Source: a bacterium (lineage in GTDB: Bacteria; UBP7; UBA6624). Taken from it: 24,223 nucleotides of DNA. Location of the stretch: positions 1 to 24,223 of the forward strand of contig PBAU01000016.1 in assembly GCA_002716355.1 (NCBI GenBank). The letters are read 5' to 3'. The notes under the pieces were generated by a model. It saw nothing but the letters and a program-made list of their open reading frames with translations. It was not told the DNA's origin and ran no database searches. The position numbers and the translations under genes were made by a program. This document shows, in pieces, positions 1 through 8,230 of the stretch; the first letter of the stretch is position 1, and every line of letters starts with the position of its first letter.

Positions 1-1710
1 GTTTATTTTAAAAATTTTTTCTTTATCCTTTACCCCAAACCGGTGCTCTTCATCAACAACAAAAAGACTACAAAAATTCAAAACCTCATCTTGAAATAAA
101 ACAGCAGAGGTTCCAATTAAGACATCAATTTTTTTATTAAGAAAAGAAAGAATAGTTTTTTTGTTGTTTTGAGAAATACTTGAAACAACCCCTGTGTTTA
201 CTCCAAAAGGACCTAACCGAGAAGAAAAACACCCAAAGAGCTGATCAGATAAAATTGTGGTTGGGGCCAAAACAACAACAGGGAGAGAATTAATCGCAGC
301 AACAAAAGAGGCGCGTATTGCAAGTTCTGTTTTTCCAAAACCAACATCACCGCAAATCAGCCTATTAATAGGCTTGTTAGACTTAAAATCCTCTACAATG
401 TCTCGCCAGCACCGATTTTGGTCTTGAGTGTCTTTATGTTTAAACGCTCCAACAAAATCTTCAACCAAAGAATCAATCACGATCCGCCGTTTGTTTATAA
501 CAGATTCTCTTTGTTTATACGCAGACAACAGGCCTTCCACAAAAACAAGCGCCTTTTTTTCTCCTGCCCTTATAGTTTTTTTCCAAACACCCTGCTTAGA
601 AAGCGAACTTAATTTTCTAGAACACTCATTACTGAAAAAGAACAGTTTTGCAATGTATACAACATCCAACTTAACAACCCCATCTAAAAATTTTAAACAA
701 AGATAGTCTTGTTGGTCACGCGTTTCTATACCTATAAATTGACAATATCCAAAATCTTCATGCACATACATCCCCCCAACAACAAAAGGAACCAGCTTTT
801 CTTTTGTTTTGAGTTTTTCCACATCTGTTTTTTTATATGAAGGGTTTAAAAACCACTCAGGAACACAAAGCTTTTTTTGATATATAAAACCTCTTTCAAA
901 GGACCCCTTCAACTTTAAAAATTTATTATCTCTATAGTTTTCTATAAAAGACTGAAAATCAACAACTTGTGTTTCAAGTTTAATAATTTTATTGCCCCCT
1001 TTTTTATAAAAAAGAGAATTGTTATTAAAAAGAAAACACGGAATGCCCTTTTTTGATAAAATATCGTTTATAGATAAGGTCTGAGAGGTCCTAAGGCAAG
1101 AAGATAAATAAAAAAAATCAACCCTAGAAACAATTGTTCCAAAACGCTTGTCTACTTTATATATTTTTGTTTTTTCATCTAAAAAGCTGATGCGAAACAT
1201 ATCTAAAGACCCAAATAAACAAACATCAATCACGCCTCCTTTTATTATAAATGTGCCAGGACGATGAGCCCCCTCTTGAACAAAAGAAAAAGCATCCAGT
1301 TTTTCTAAAAGAAAATCAAAAGAACAAGACCCATCAACTTTAATTTTTTGAGAAAAAGTAGAAGGCTTGAATGTTTTTAGGTTTAGAAAACCATCCTCTA
1401 TAAAAAGGACTTTGTTTTTTAGACCATCCCTTTCCAGGCTTTGTTTGGAAGCAAGGTGAATGTTATCAAAAAAATTTACAAATTCTTTTTCCACCCCTTT
1501 GCCCCGAGCACTTGAAAAAAAGCACAAAACCTTTTTACCAATATTATTATTATAAATGGTAGCCACATCTTCTATTAGTTCTGAAGGAAGAACAATTGCA
1601 ACCTCCTTATTGTTATCTAAAGAGGCAAGCAAAAGCTCAAAAGAAACACCCTTTATTTGACCAAAATCTCGTTTAAACAAAAGAGACTTAAAAGAACTCA
1701 AAGCTTGCAT
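1..1710 (-). CDS. mfd: Transcription-repair coupling factor Mfd, N-terminal ~570 aa; the 3' end runs off the left edge of the window
   Basis: It is absent from the ORF track because it is open at the window edge. My translation of the minus strand from ATG (1708-1710) is stop-free to nt 1 (570 codons). It contains a CarD/TRCF-like segment, GGMYVHEDFGYCQFIGIE...LCLKFLDGVVKLDV. This is followed by TQDQ...INRLICGDVGFGKTELAIRASF (helicase motif I, GDVGFGKTE = nt 325-351) and VVDEEHRFGV (motif II, nt 31-60). About 500 aa precede the helicase core, which fits Mfd rather than RecG. Confidence 0.85.
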   Translation of the reverse strand, partial: MQALSSFKSLLFKRDFGQIKGVSFELLLASLDNNKEVAIVLPSELIEDVATIYNNNIGKKVLCFFSSARGKGVEKEFVNFFDNIHLASKQSLERDGLKNKVLFIEDGFLNLKTFKPSTFSQKIKVDGSCSFDFLLEKLDAFSFVQEGAHRPGTFIIKGGVIDVCLFGSLDMFRISFLDEKTKIYKVDKRFGTIVSRVDFFYLSSCLRTSQTLSINDILSKKGIPCFLFNNNSLFYKKGGNKIIKLETQVVDFQSFIENYRDNKFLKLKGSFERGFIYQKKLCVPEWFLNPSYKKTDVEKLKTKEKLVPFVVGGMYVHEDFGYCQFIGIETRDQQDYLCLKFLDGVVKLDVVYIAKLFFFSNECSRKLSSLSKQGVWKKTIRAGEKKALVFVEGLLSAYKQRESVINKRRIVIDSLVEDFVGAFKHKDTQDQNRCWRDIVEDFKSNKPINRLICGDVGFGKTELAIRASFVAAINSLPVVVLAPTTILSDQLFGCFSSRLGPFGVNTGVVSSISQNNKKTILSFLNKKIDVLIGTSAVLFQDEVLNFCSLFVVDEEHRFGVKDKEKIFKIN

Positions 1711-1712
1711 AT

Positions 1713-3533
1713 TTAAGGTTTCACGTGAAACTTGTTGTTTAAATATATTCCAATTAAAGCTATATCTGTTGGGCGTATGCCTGCTATTCTTGAGGCCTGA
1801 CCAACCGTTTCAGGGAGTACGGTGATTAATAGTTCCTTAGATTCATTAGACAAACCAGGAATTTTTTTATAATCAAACTCTTTCGGGATTCTTACAAGCT
1901 CAAGACGCCTGGTTTTTAAAAGCCTTTCTTTTTCATTTTTAATATATCCAGAATATTTAATTGAGGTTTCAGCAGAAAAAAGAGCCTCCGCATCAATTAA
2001 AGAGCCTTTATTTGGACCTATGTGGTCTAAAATTTTAACCTCAGGCCTTTTTAAAAACTTTTCAAGAGGAGTGTTGCCAACCCTAGTTTTTTTAATTTTA
2101 TTATAAATATCAGAAAGGGCTTTATGAAACTTCTTTTGTATGCGCAGCTGGGAGGACAGCAAAACATCAGCACCTAAAGCACTATTATATAATCTTTCAT
2201 AAACATTGTCTGCCCTTAAATATAATCTGTTCTCTGCTCTTGATGTAAACATTCTATATGGCTCTTCAATTGGAGAGGTTGTTAGGTCATCAATTAAAAC
2301 GCCAATATAAGAATTTTGACGATCAAAAGAAACCAGGTCCTTTTTTTGAATATAAAGAGAGGCGTTTATTCCGGCAACAACGCCCTGGGCGGCGGCCTCT
2401 TCGTAGCCAGAGGTTCCATTAATTTGCCCCGCACAAAAAAGCCCAGAAATTTTTTTAGACATTAGAGAAGGGGAAAGTTGATATGGGGGACAGTAGTCGT
2501 ATTCAATTGCATAACCAGGACGAACAAACTCTACGCTTTTAAAGGCTTCAATTTGTCGCAAGGCCTTAAGTTGAACTTTTTCAGACAAAGAAGTAGAAAA
2601 CCCATTTAAGTAAATTTGATGAGAATTTTTCCATTCAGGTTCTAAAAAAAGAGGGTGAGAAGACCTTTCGCTGAATCTAAAAACCTTATCTTCTATGCTT
2701 GGACAATATCTTGGTCCTACGCCAGAAATTTTACCAGAAAACATTGGAGAACTTTCAATATTATTGTTGATAATGTTGTGAGTATTTTGATTTGTATTAA
2801 CAAGGAAACAACTCTCTTGCTTAATTTTATATGGACGAGAAGTATATAGAGAAAAACAAGAAGGAATTTCATCTCCAGGAGCCTCAACAGCAACGCTCCA
2901 ATTAATACTATCGCGAACAAGCCTAGGAGGCGTTCCTGTTTTTAAGCGACCCAACTTAATATCGTGGTTTAGAAGAGACTCACTTAGTCCGCGAGATGGG
3001 GCCTCTCCCATTCTTCCAGCAGAAAAAGACCTCTCTCCAATATGAATTAATCCATTTAAAAAAGTTCCACTTGTTATTATTAAAGAAGAACAAGAAAGGG
3101 TAGAGCCCTCTTTGAGATTCACAGAGACTATTTTTTCGTTTTTTGTATTAAAAGAAAGAACCTCTCCTTCTAATATAGAAATGTATTTTTCTTTTTTTAT
3201 AATTTTGCTAACGAATGCAGGATATTTTTTTTTATCTACCTGTGCCCTTAGGGCCCAAACAGCCCTGCCTTTTGTTTTGTTTAATGTTTTCATTTGAAGG
3301 CTTGATTGGTCTGCGGCGGCCCCCATAATACCGCCAAGAGCATCTACTTCCTTTACTAAGTGAGATTTACCAAGCCCCCCTATAGCAGGATTACACGAGA
3401 GCCTCCCAATTGCGCCTGAATCCATTGTAACTAAAACACACTTCTGTTTTGTTCTTGCAATAGCGAGGGCAGCCTCAACGCCCGCATGTCCCCCTCCGGC
3501 AATAACGATCTTTTTTTTATTATTTTCCAACAC
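1713..3533 (-). CDS. mnmG: tRNA uridine 5-carboxymethylaminomethyl modification enzyme MnmG (GidA)
   Basis: 606-aa ORF with an N-terminal FAD-binding motif VIAGGGHAGVEAALA. Length and overall pattern are typical of GidA. It sits directly downstream of mnmE with a 14-nt overlap, in canonical origin-region synteny. Confidence 0.95.
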   Translation of the reverse strand: MLENNKKKIVIAGGGHAGVEAALAIARTKQKCVLVTMDSGAIGRLSCNPAIGGLGKSHLVKEVDALGGIMGAAADQSSLQMKTLNKTKGRAVWALRAQVDKKKYPAFVSKIIKKEKYISILEGEVLSFNTKNEKIVSVNLKEGSTLSCSSLIITSGTFLNGLIHIGERSFSAGRMGEAPSRGLSESLLNHDIKLGRLKTGTPPRLVRDSINWSVAVEAPGDEIPSCFSLYTSRPYKIKQESCFLVNTNQNTHNIINNNIESSPMFSGKISGVGPRYCPSIEDKVFRFSERSSHPLFLEPEWKNSHQIYLNGFSTSLSEKVQLKALRQIEAFKSVEFVRPGYAIEYDYCPPYQLSPSLMSKKISGLFCAGQINGTSGYEEAAAQGVVAGINASLYIQKKDLVSFDRQNSYIGVLIDDLTTSPIEEPYRMFTSRAENRLYLRADNVYERLYNSALGADVLLSSQLRIQKKFHKALSDIYNKIKKTRVGNTPLEKFLKRPEVKILDHIGPNKGSLIDAEALFSAETSIKYSGYIKNEKERLLKTRRLELVRIPKEFDYKKIPGLSNESKELLITVLPETVGQASRIAGIRPTDIALIGIYLNNKFHVKP

Positions 3534-4863
3534 AAAAACCCTTAAAAATTTCGTTAATTATTTTGTTTTTAGCATCTGGACGAATTAATTCGTTATATAA
3601 ATCAAGAACACCATATAGAGAAGAAAGACAAATGGTTAAATCTCCAGTTGTTTCTAGGCCTTTATTTGCTTTGTTTATTCCCCTGCATATTTTTTGTAGT
3701 AAGCTCTTTTGTCGAACATTAATGCTAAAAGAAGACTCTTTATAAACCCTGTCAACTTTTTGATTACAAAGTGTTGATAAGTGGGTTAATAAGCTATTAA
3801 ATCCGTTCTTTTTTTTACAAGAGATAGAAAAAACACCATTTTTTTGTTTATGGTTATTAATATCATTTTTATTGTTTACCAAAATAACGCTCTTTTGTTT
3901 AAATTTATTTTTATTAGCAAGATATGTTTGGCTTGCATTTTTTTCATCAATTATTATTATTATTTGAGCTTCTTCTATATGAGCAAATGTTTTTTCTATT
4001 CCCTTAATTTCTACCACATCTTTTGTTGTTCTTAATCCAGCGGTATCAATTATTTTTACTTCATGGTTTCCAATATCAATATTGCTTTCTACGGGGTCTC
4101 TAGTTGTTCCTTTAATATTCGTTATAATAGATTTTTGATGGCCTGTTAACAGATTAAACAAAGATGATTTTCCTGCATTCGGTCGCCCTATTATTGCAAC
4201 CTGTAAATTTCCGCTCTGCTGTTCTGAGGAGAGGCTTTTTTTAATGATCTTTTTTGTATGAAGATATAGTTTGTTTAAACTTTTATTATATTCTTGAAGC
4301 TCTTTTTTTTCAATTTCGCTATCTAAAAAATCTAATTCATGCTCTGCAACAGTCATTAAGCTCATTAATGAATCCTTGTTTTTTTGTACTTCTTTTGTTA
4401 GTGTACCATTGATTGTGTTGAGATGATAATAGCTATCAATATTATTATTTGCTTCAACTATTGCAGCAATTCCTTCAGCTTGTAAAAGATCAATCTTTCC
4501 ATTAATATATGCCCTATAAGTAAACTCGCCAGGGAGAGCCTGCCTTGCGCCTTTGCTAATTAAGGATTCAATAACCTGCTTAACAATAATATTGCCCCCA
4601 TGTGTTGATATTTCTAATACATCTTCTCCCGTATAGCTTTTAGGGGCCTTAAAGTAAGTTAAAAGAGAATAATCAATCTGTTTTTTGTCAGATTGATTAT
4701 AAATACAGGAGACATGAGCAAAGTTAGCCCGCGGTTTTTTTGATGAAAGGGTAATTGCCCTATATATTTTTATTACATTTTTACCAGAAACCCTAATTAC
4801 ATTTAAAGCAGATTTGCCTGGCAGGGTTGCAAGAGCAACAATATCATCATTGAATACATACAT
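3520..4863 (-). CDS. mnmE: tRNA modification GTPase MnmE (TrmE)
   Basis: 447-aa ORF. G-domain motifs are GRPNAGKSSLFN (G1), DTAGLR (G3) and NNKND (G4). It ends in the family-typical FCVGK. Confidence 0.95.
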   Translation of the reverse strand: MYVFNDDIVALATLPGKSALNVIRVSGKNVIKIYRAITLSSKKPRANFAHVSCIYNQSDKKQIDYSLLTYFKAPKSYTGEDVLEISTHGGNIIVKQVIESLISKGARQALPGEFTYRAYINGKIDLLQAEGIAAIVEANNNIDSYYHLNTINGTLTKEVQKNKDSLMSLMTVAEHELDFLDSEIEKKELQEYNKSLNKLYLHTKKIIKKSLSSEQQSGNLQVAIIGRPNAGKSSLFNLLTGHQKSIITNIKGTTRDPVESNIDIGNHEVKIIDTAGLRTTKDVVEIKGIEKTFAHIEEAQIIIIIDEKNASQTYLANKNKFKQKSVILVNNKNDINNHKQKNGVFSISCKKKNGFNSLLTHLSTLCNQKVDRVYKESSFSINVRQKSLLQKICRGINKANKGLETTGDLTICLSSLYGVLDLYNELIRPDAKNKIINEIFKGFCVGK

Positions 4864-4869
4864 AGAAGC

Positions 4870-6603
4870 CTATGCCTTTTTGAGAGATTTTTGCTGAAAG
4901 TAGTTTAAAAAGTTATATACTAAATAATATAAATTCAAACCTGAAGGAAAACTATTAAATAATAAAAAGAAAAAAGCGGACATTATATACATAACAGGTT
5001 TTTGTTTAGGGTCCATAGAAGACATAGAAACCCTCTGGCTCAAAAACATGGAAACACCTAACAAAATAGGAAGAAGCGCCACCTGATCTCCATAAATAGG
5101 AACAGAAAAAGGCAAATAAAAAACTGTATCAGGCTGTGACAAGTTGGAAATCCAGCCAAAAAAAGGAGCCCCCCGAAACTCTATTGTTGATCGAAAAACT
5201 AAAAATAAAGACAGCAAAAGAGGCATTTGCATTAGCATTGGCAAACAGCCACCTAGAGGATTTACTCCACTCTCTTTATACAGCTTAACCATTTCTTGAT
5301 TTAAGCGCTGAGAATCATTTTTATATTTTGTTTGTAGTTTTTGTAACTGAGGCTGTATTGTTTGCATTTTTTGAGAGGAAAGAAAAGCTTTTTTTGTTAA
5401 TGGTCCTGTTATAATGCGCACTAAAAATGCAAACAATATTAAAATAATACCATAATTAATCCCAAACGAATGCATAGATTTTAATAGCCATAACACGCCC
5501 CTGCTAAAAGGTTGAATAATGTACCAGCCAAAATTCATTATTCTATCTAGAGACGAATCAAGCTCATGGATATAATCAATATCTAGAGGACCAAAATATA
5601 TTGTTGAGCTTAAAGTTGAAACTCCGCCTGCGCTAATAGAGGCAATATATGAAGGAACAATATTTTTGTGATTTAATTGATATGGAACCGCATCTAAGAA
5701 TGCAGAGGAGGCAAACTCTGGAATCATGGCCATTATAAAATATTTATTTCTGATTGCAGCCCACTCAATTGGACCAGTAGCCTTAATGCTTTCAGCCTCA
5801 TCTTGTAATGTTCCTGGATTGTACCAAAGGTCTTGAGTTTCTTTATTGATTGAGATATAGGCAGCAGCATATGCCGTAATTTCATCATATAGGTTTTTTT
5901 CAGTATTTTTAATGCCTTTATCCCAAACCAATGAAAGACCCTCTTGATTAAAAGAATTGTTCATTGTTTGAATATTGGCTATATGTTGTGTTTGATAAGA
6001 GTTTCCAAAAAAGGTTGTGTTTTTAATAACTCTATAATTGTCCTTAGTTAAGCCTAAAGAAACAGTACAAGAATCCTGTTCGCCTAAAACAACGCTCTTA
6101 GTATTATTAATAGGTCTGTTGTTCACTTTAATTGAAATCAACTGAAAGGGCTCAGAAAGAATGGTCTGCTGTCCCTTTTCTTGTACTCCCACGCAAGGAG
6201 CGCACAACCTTTCATTATTAAACATCAAATTTACATCTATACTGTCATTATATGATCCCTGGCTATCATAGCCTCCTTGTAGTTGTTTGCCACCATTGAT
6301 TAACTCATATTTTTCAAAAGAGCCCCCTCCAAGGTTATTGATTGTAGCCAAATATTTAGAGCTTACTATATTGAATGAAAACCTTTGAACATCAGAAACA
6401 GAAGCCCTATCTATATCAATATTTTGTATGGGTTTATTTTTGTCAATAGGAGCGTTTAGCGTTTTAATTTCTGATGGAGGCTCTTCATTCACAATTTCTT
6501 GGGAATCTTGATAGCCAATTAACTGTAAATAATATGGAGCGATTAATAAAATAAATAAAACTGCTGCGCCAGCTAAAAAAGTTCTTTTAAAATCTGTGCC
6601 CAT
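4870..6603 (-). CDS. yidC: Membrane protein insertase YidC (long form with a large periplasmic domain)
   Basis: 577-aa ORF with an N-terminal TM, a periplasmic domain of about 330 aa, and a conserved C-terminal core including NPLGGCLPMLMQMPLLLSLF. It lies downstream of rnpA. Confidence 0.93.
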   Translation of the reverse strand: MGTDFKRTFLAGAAVLFILLIAPYYLQLIGYQDSQEIVNEEPPSEIKTLNAPIDKNKPIQNIDIDRASVSDVQRFSFNIVSSKYLATINNLGGGSFEKYELINGGKQLQGGYDSQGSYNDSIDVNLMFNNERLCAPCVGVQEKGQQTILSEPFQLISIKVNNRPINNTKSVVLGEQDSCTVSLGLTKDNYRVIKNTTFFGNSYQTQHIANIQTMNNSFNQEGLSLVWDKGIKNTEKNLYDEITAYAAAYISINKETQDLWYNPGTLQDEAESIKATGPIEWAAIRNKYFIMAMIPEFASSAFLDAVPYQLNHKNIVPSYIASISAGGVSTLSSTIYFGPLDIDYIHELDSSLDRIMNFGWYIIQPFSRGVLWLLKSMHSFGINYGIILILFAFLVRIITGPLTKKAFLSSQKMQTIQPQLQKLQTKYKNDSQRLNQEMVKLYKESGVNPLGGCLPMLMQMPLLLSLFLVFRSTIEFRGAPFFGWISNLSQPDTVFYLPFSVPIYGDQVALLPILLGVSMFLSQRVSMSSMDPKQKPVMYIMSAFFFLLFNSFPSGLNLYYLVYNFLNYFQQKSLKKA

Positions 6604-6621
6604 TAATTATTCTTTCTCATG

Positions 6622-6900
6622 TTATTGTTTTAGCAGTTGTGCCTGCAAATTTAAAAAAGCTCTATGTATGGTTGAAAACGAAATATTTTTTTTTAAAGGT
6701 GTCATATATATAGTATAATTATAAAAAGGGTCACCCGGTTTAGAAAATTCTTTAAAAAGGCTTCTAGCTCTTCTTTTAAATAGATTGCGCTCAACCGCAT
6801 TCCCATATTTTTTTGTTACACAAAAATGCAAAGCCGAAGCATTAGAACAAAACCTAAATAATACAGAACCATTATATCTGAAAGATTGAGCAGGGCGCAT
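6622..6900 (-). CDS. rnpA: Ribonuclease P protein component (short, 92 aa)
   Basis: Signature KKYGNAVERNLFKRRARSLF (the RNase P protein KK.G.AV.RN..KR..R motif). It lies immediately downstream of rpmH. An in-frame stop at 6913-6915 rules out a longer N-terminus. Confidence 0.8.
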   Translation of the reverse strand: MRPAQSFRYNGSVLFRFCSNASALHFCVTKKYGNAVERNLFKRRARSLFKEFSKPGDPFYNYTIYMTPLKKNISFSTIHRAFLNLQAQLLKQ

Positions 6901-6929
6901 TAATTTAAATATTTAGGCAAATAAAAAGA

Positions 6930-7070
6930 CTACGAACTTACCGACAGGCGTTTTCTACCCTTTTTTCTACGAGCAGACAAGATGTTTTGGCCAGCTTTTG
7001 AGCTCATGCGACTCTTAAAGCCATGCTTATTTTTTCTTTTTCTATTGCTTATATGTTTTGTTACTTTCAT
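6930..7070 (-). CDS. rpmH: 50S ribosomal protein L34 (46 aa, below the ORF-track length cutoff)
   Basis: Hand translation of the minus strand from ATG (7068-7070) gives [46 protein letters not shown], with stop TAG at 6930-6932. It matches the L34 pattern (KR..HGF..RM....G..L..RR.KGRK.L). It is in the canonical rpmH-rnpA-yidC order. Confidence 0.9.
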   Translation of the reverse strand: MKVTKHISNRKRKNKHGFKSRMSSKAGQNILSARRKKGRKRLSVSS

Positions 7071-7126
7071 AAATATTCTTTTACAATTTTAATGGGCTAA
7101 TTTAATACAATCTATATAAATATTGT

Positions 7127-7489
7127 TTATTTTTTTGCTTTAACGGTTGTTTTAATTCCTCCGCGAGGGTTAAAATCACCCGTAACATCAATTTTTTTTG
7201 GCTTACAGGCCTTTATAAAATCCTCTAAAATTTTATTTGTTACATGTTCATGAAAAATTCCATAGTTTCTATAGTTTACAATATATAATTTTAGGGATTT
7301 CAGCTCAACAATGAATTTATTAGGAATATAATTAATATATATGGTTCCAAAATCAGGCAGGCCTGTTTTAGGACAAACAGCATTAAATTCAGGAATACAA
7401 ATATTAATTTCATAGTTGTTTTTAGGAAACTCATTATTAACAACTTCTAGCTGCTTAAAGTGAGGCAGAGTTTTATTAGAATTAGTCAT
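7127..7489 (-). CDS. queF: NADPH-dependent 7-cyano-7-deazaguanine (preQ0) reductase QueF, short unimodular type
   Basis: 120-aa ORF containing CPKTGLPDFGTIYINYIP (catalytic Cys motif), ELKSLKLY and FHEH, the motifs of type I QueF. Confidence 0.88.
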   Translation of the reverse strand: MTNSNKTLPHFKQLEVVNNEFPKNNYEINICIPEFNAVCPKTGLPDFGTIYINYIPNKFIVELKSLKLYIVNYRNYGIFHEHVTNKILEDFIKACKPKKIDVTGDFNPRGGIKTTVKAKK

Positions 7490-7493
7490 ACAT

Positions 7494-7521
7494 AAAAAAA
7501 GGGCGCATTAATAGCGCCCTT
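7494..7521 (-). terminator. Rho-independent terminator hairpin downstream of the 78-aa ORF, ending 4 nt before the queF start codon
   Basis: The minus strand reads AAGGGCGC-TATTAAT-GCGCCCTT followed by further T residues. This is an 8-bp GC-rich stem (7514-7521 pairing with 7499-7506), a 7-nt loop (7507-7513) and a T run (plus-strand A run 7494-7500). Confidence 0.6.
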
Positions 7522-7558
7522 CAGCAAATTATATTATAATAAAAAAATCAGAATAGTT

Positions 7559-7795
7559 TTAACGACCGCGTGTAGGTCTTTTGTTTTTTGCTTTTTTTCT
7601 ACGCTTATGTCTTCTTTTCCACTTAATAGAGTTATCTTCGCTACTATCTGTTCCCGGCAAAAACTCTTTTTTAGCGCTCTTGTATGAAATTTTACTTTCA
7701 AAGTTTGAGGCTACGCCCCTGTTCCCAAAGCTTCGAGAAAAAGCAAAGGAGAAAACAATTAAGCTAATTATTGTTATTTGATATATGTGTTTCAT
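7559..7795 (-). CDS. Hypothetical small secreted protein with a polybasic C-terminus (78 aa)
   Basis: N-terminal signal-peptide-like segment MKHIYQITIISLIVFSFAFS. The C-terminus is KWKRRHKRRKKAKNKRPTRGR. It is bounded by a 105-nt upstream gap and a dedicated hairpin terminator downstream. I see no recognisable family and no clear SD. Confidence 0.45.
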   Translation of the reverse strand: MKHIYQITIISLIVFSFAFSRSFGNRGVASNFESKISYKSAKKEFLPGTDSSEDNSIKWKRRHKRRKKAKNKRPTRGR

Positions 7796-7900
7796 AATTA
7801 ATACCGTTTATTTTTTAAAAAAAACTATTCCTCTTTCCTAATATAAACAGGGGAGAGTATATGATAAAAGAAAAAAATATTACAAATTGTAACAATAAAC

Positions 7901-8230
7901 CTATAAAGCAACAATATTGGAACAAACGATTTCTATGGTTTTATGGCCAACTCCCTCTTTGTCCTCCCATTGTCTCGATCTGAGCACGCCTTCTATATGA
8001 ACAAGTTGTCCCTTTTTTAAATATTCAGTTGAGAAATCCGCCAATTTGCCCCAAGCAACAATATTATGCCACTCAGTATGTTCTATAGTCTTACCGTCAG
8101 CGCCACCCCAAACTTCATTTGTTGCTACAGAAAACGAAACAACGGATTTGCCCTCTTTTGTATAGCGTCCTTCGGGTTTGGCACCTAAATGTCCAATTAA
8201 AATCACTTTATTTAAACTGTTTTTTTGCAT
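7901..8230 (-). CDS. ssb: Single-stranded DNA-binding protein, OB-fold only (109 aa, no linker or acidic tail)
   Basis: NKVILIGHLGAKPE at the N-terminus and TEWHNIVAWGKLA are typical SSB OB-fold motifs. The ORF stops (TAG, 7901-7903) right after the OB fold. The start overlaps the histidine kinase 3' end by 23 nt. Confidence 0.85.
   Translation of the reverse strand: MQKNSLNKVILIGHLGAKPEGRYTKEGKSVVSFSVATNEVWGGADGKTIEHTEWHNIVAWGKLADFSTEYLKKGQLVHIEGVLRSRQWEDKEGVGHKTIEIVCSNIVAL

Noticed and set aside
418-706. Two plus-strand ORFs of 64 and 92 aa.
   Set aside because: They lie antisense inside the continuous Mfd reading frame (minus strand, stop-free from 1710 to 1). They have low-complexity, unrecognisable products and are typical shadow ORFs.
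7071-7126. The rpmH upstream gap as a possible oriC or promoter (TAGATT-17 nt-TAAAAT on the minus strand).
   Set aside because: It has no DnaA-box-like 9-mer. The hexamers are weak and indistinguishable from the AT-rich background, so I am not confident enough to list a promoter.
7490-7560. A possible preQ1 riboswitch upstream of queF.
   Set aside because: The hairpin is followed by a U-run rather than the A-rich pseudoknot tail of preQ1-I. The loop and stem do not match the consensus as I remember it, and classes II and III are much larger. It is kept only as an unexplained leader or terminator structure.
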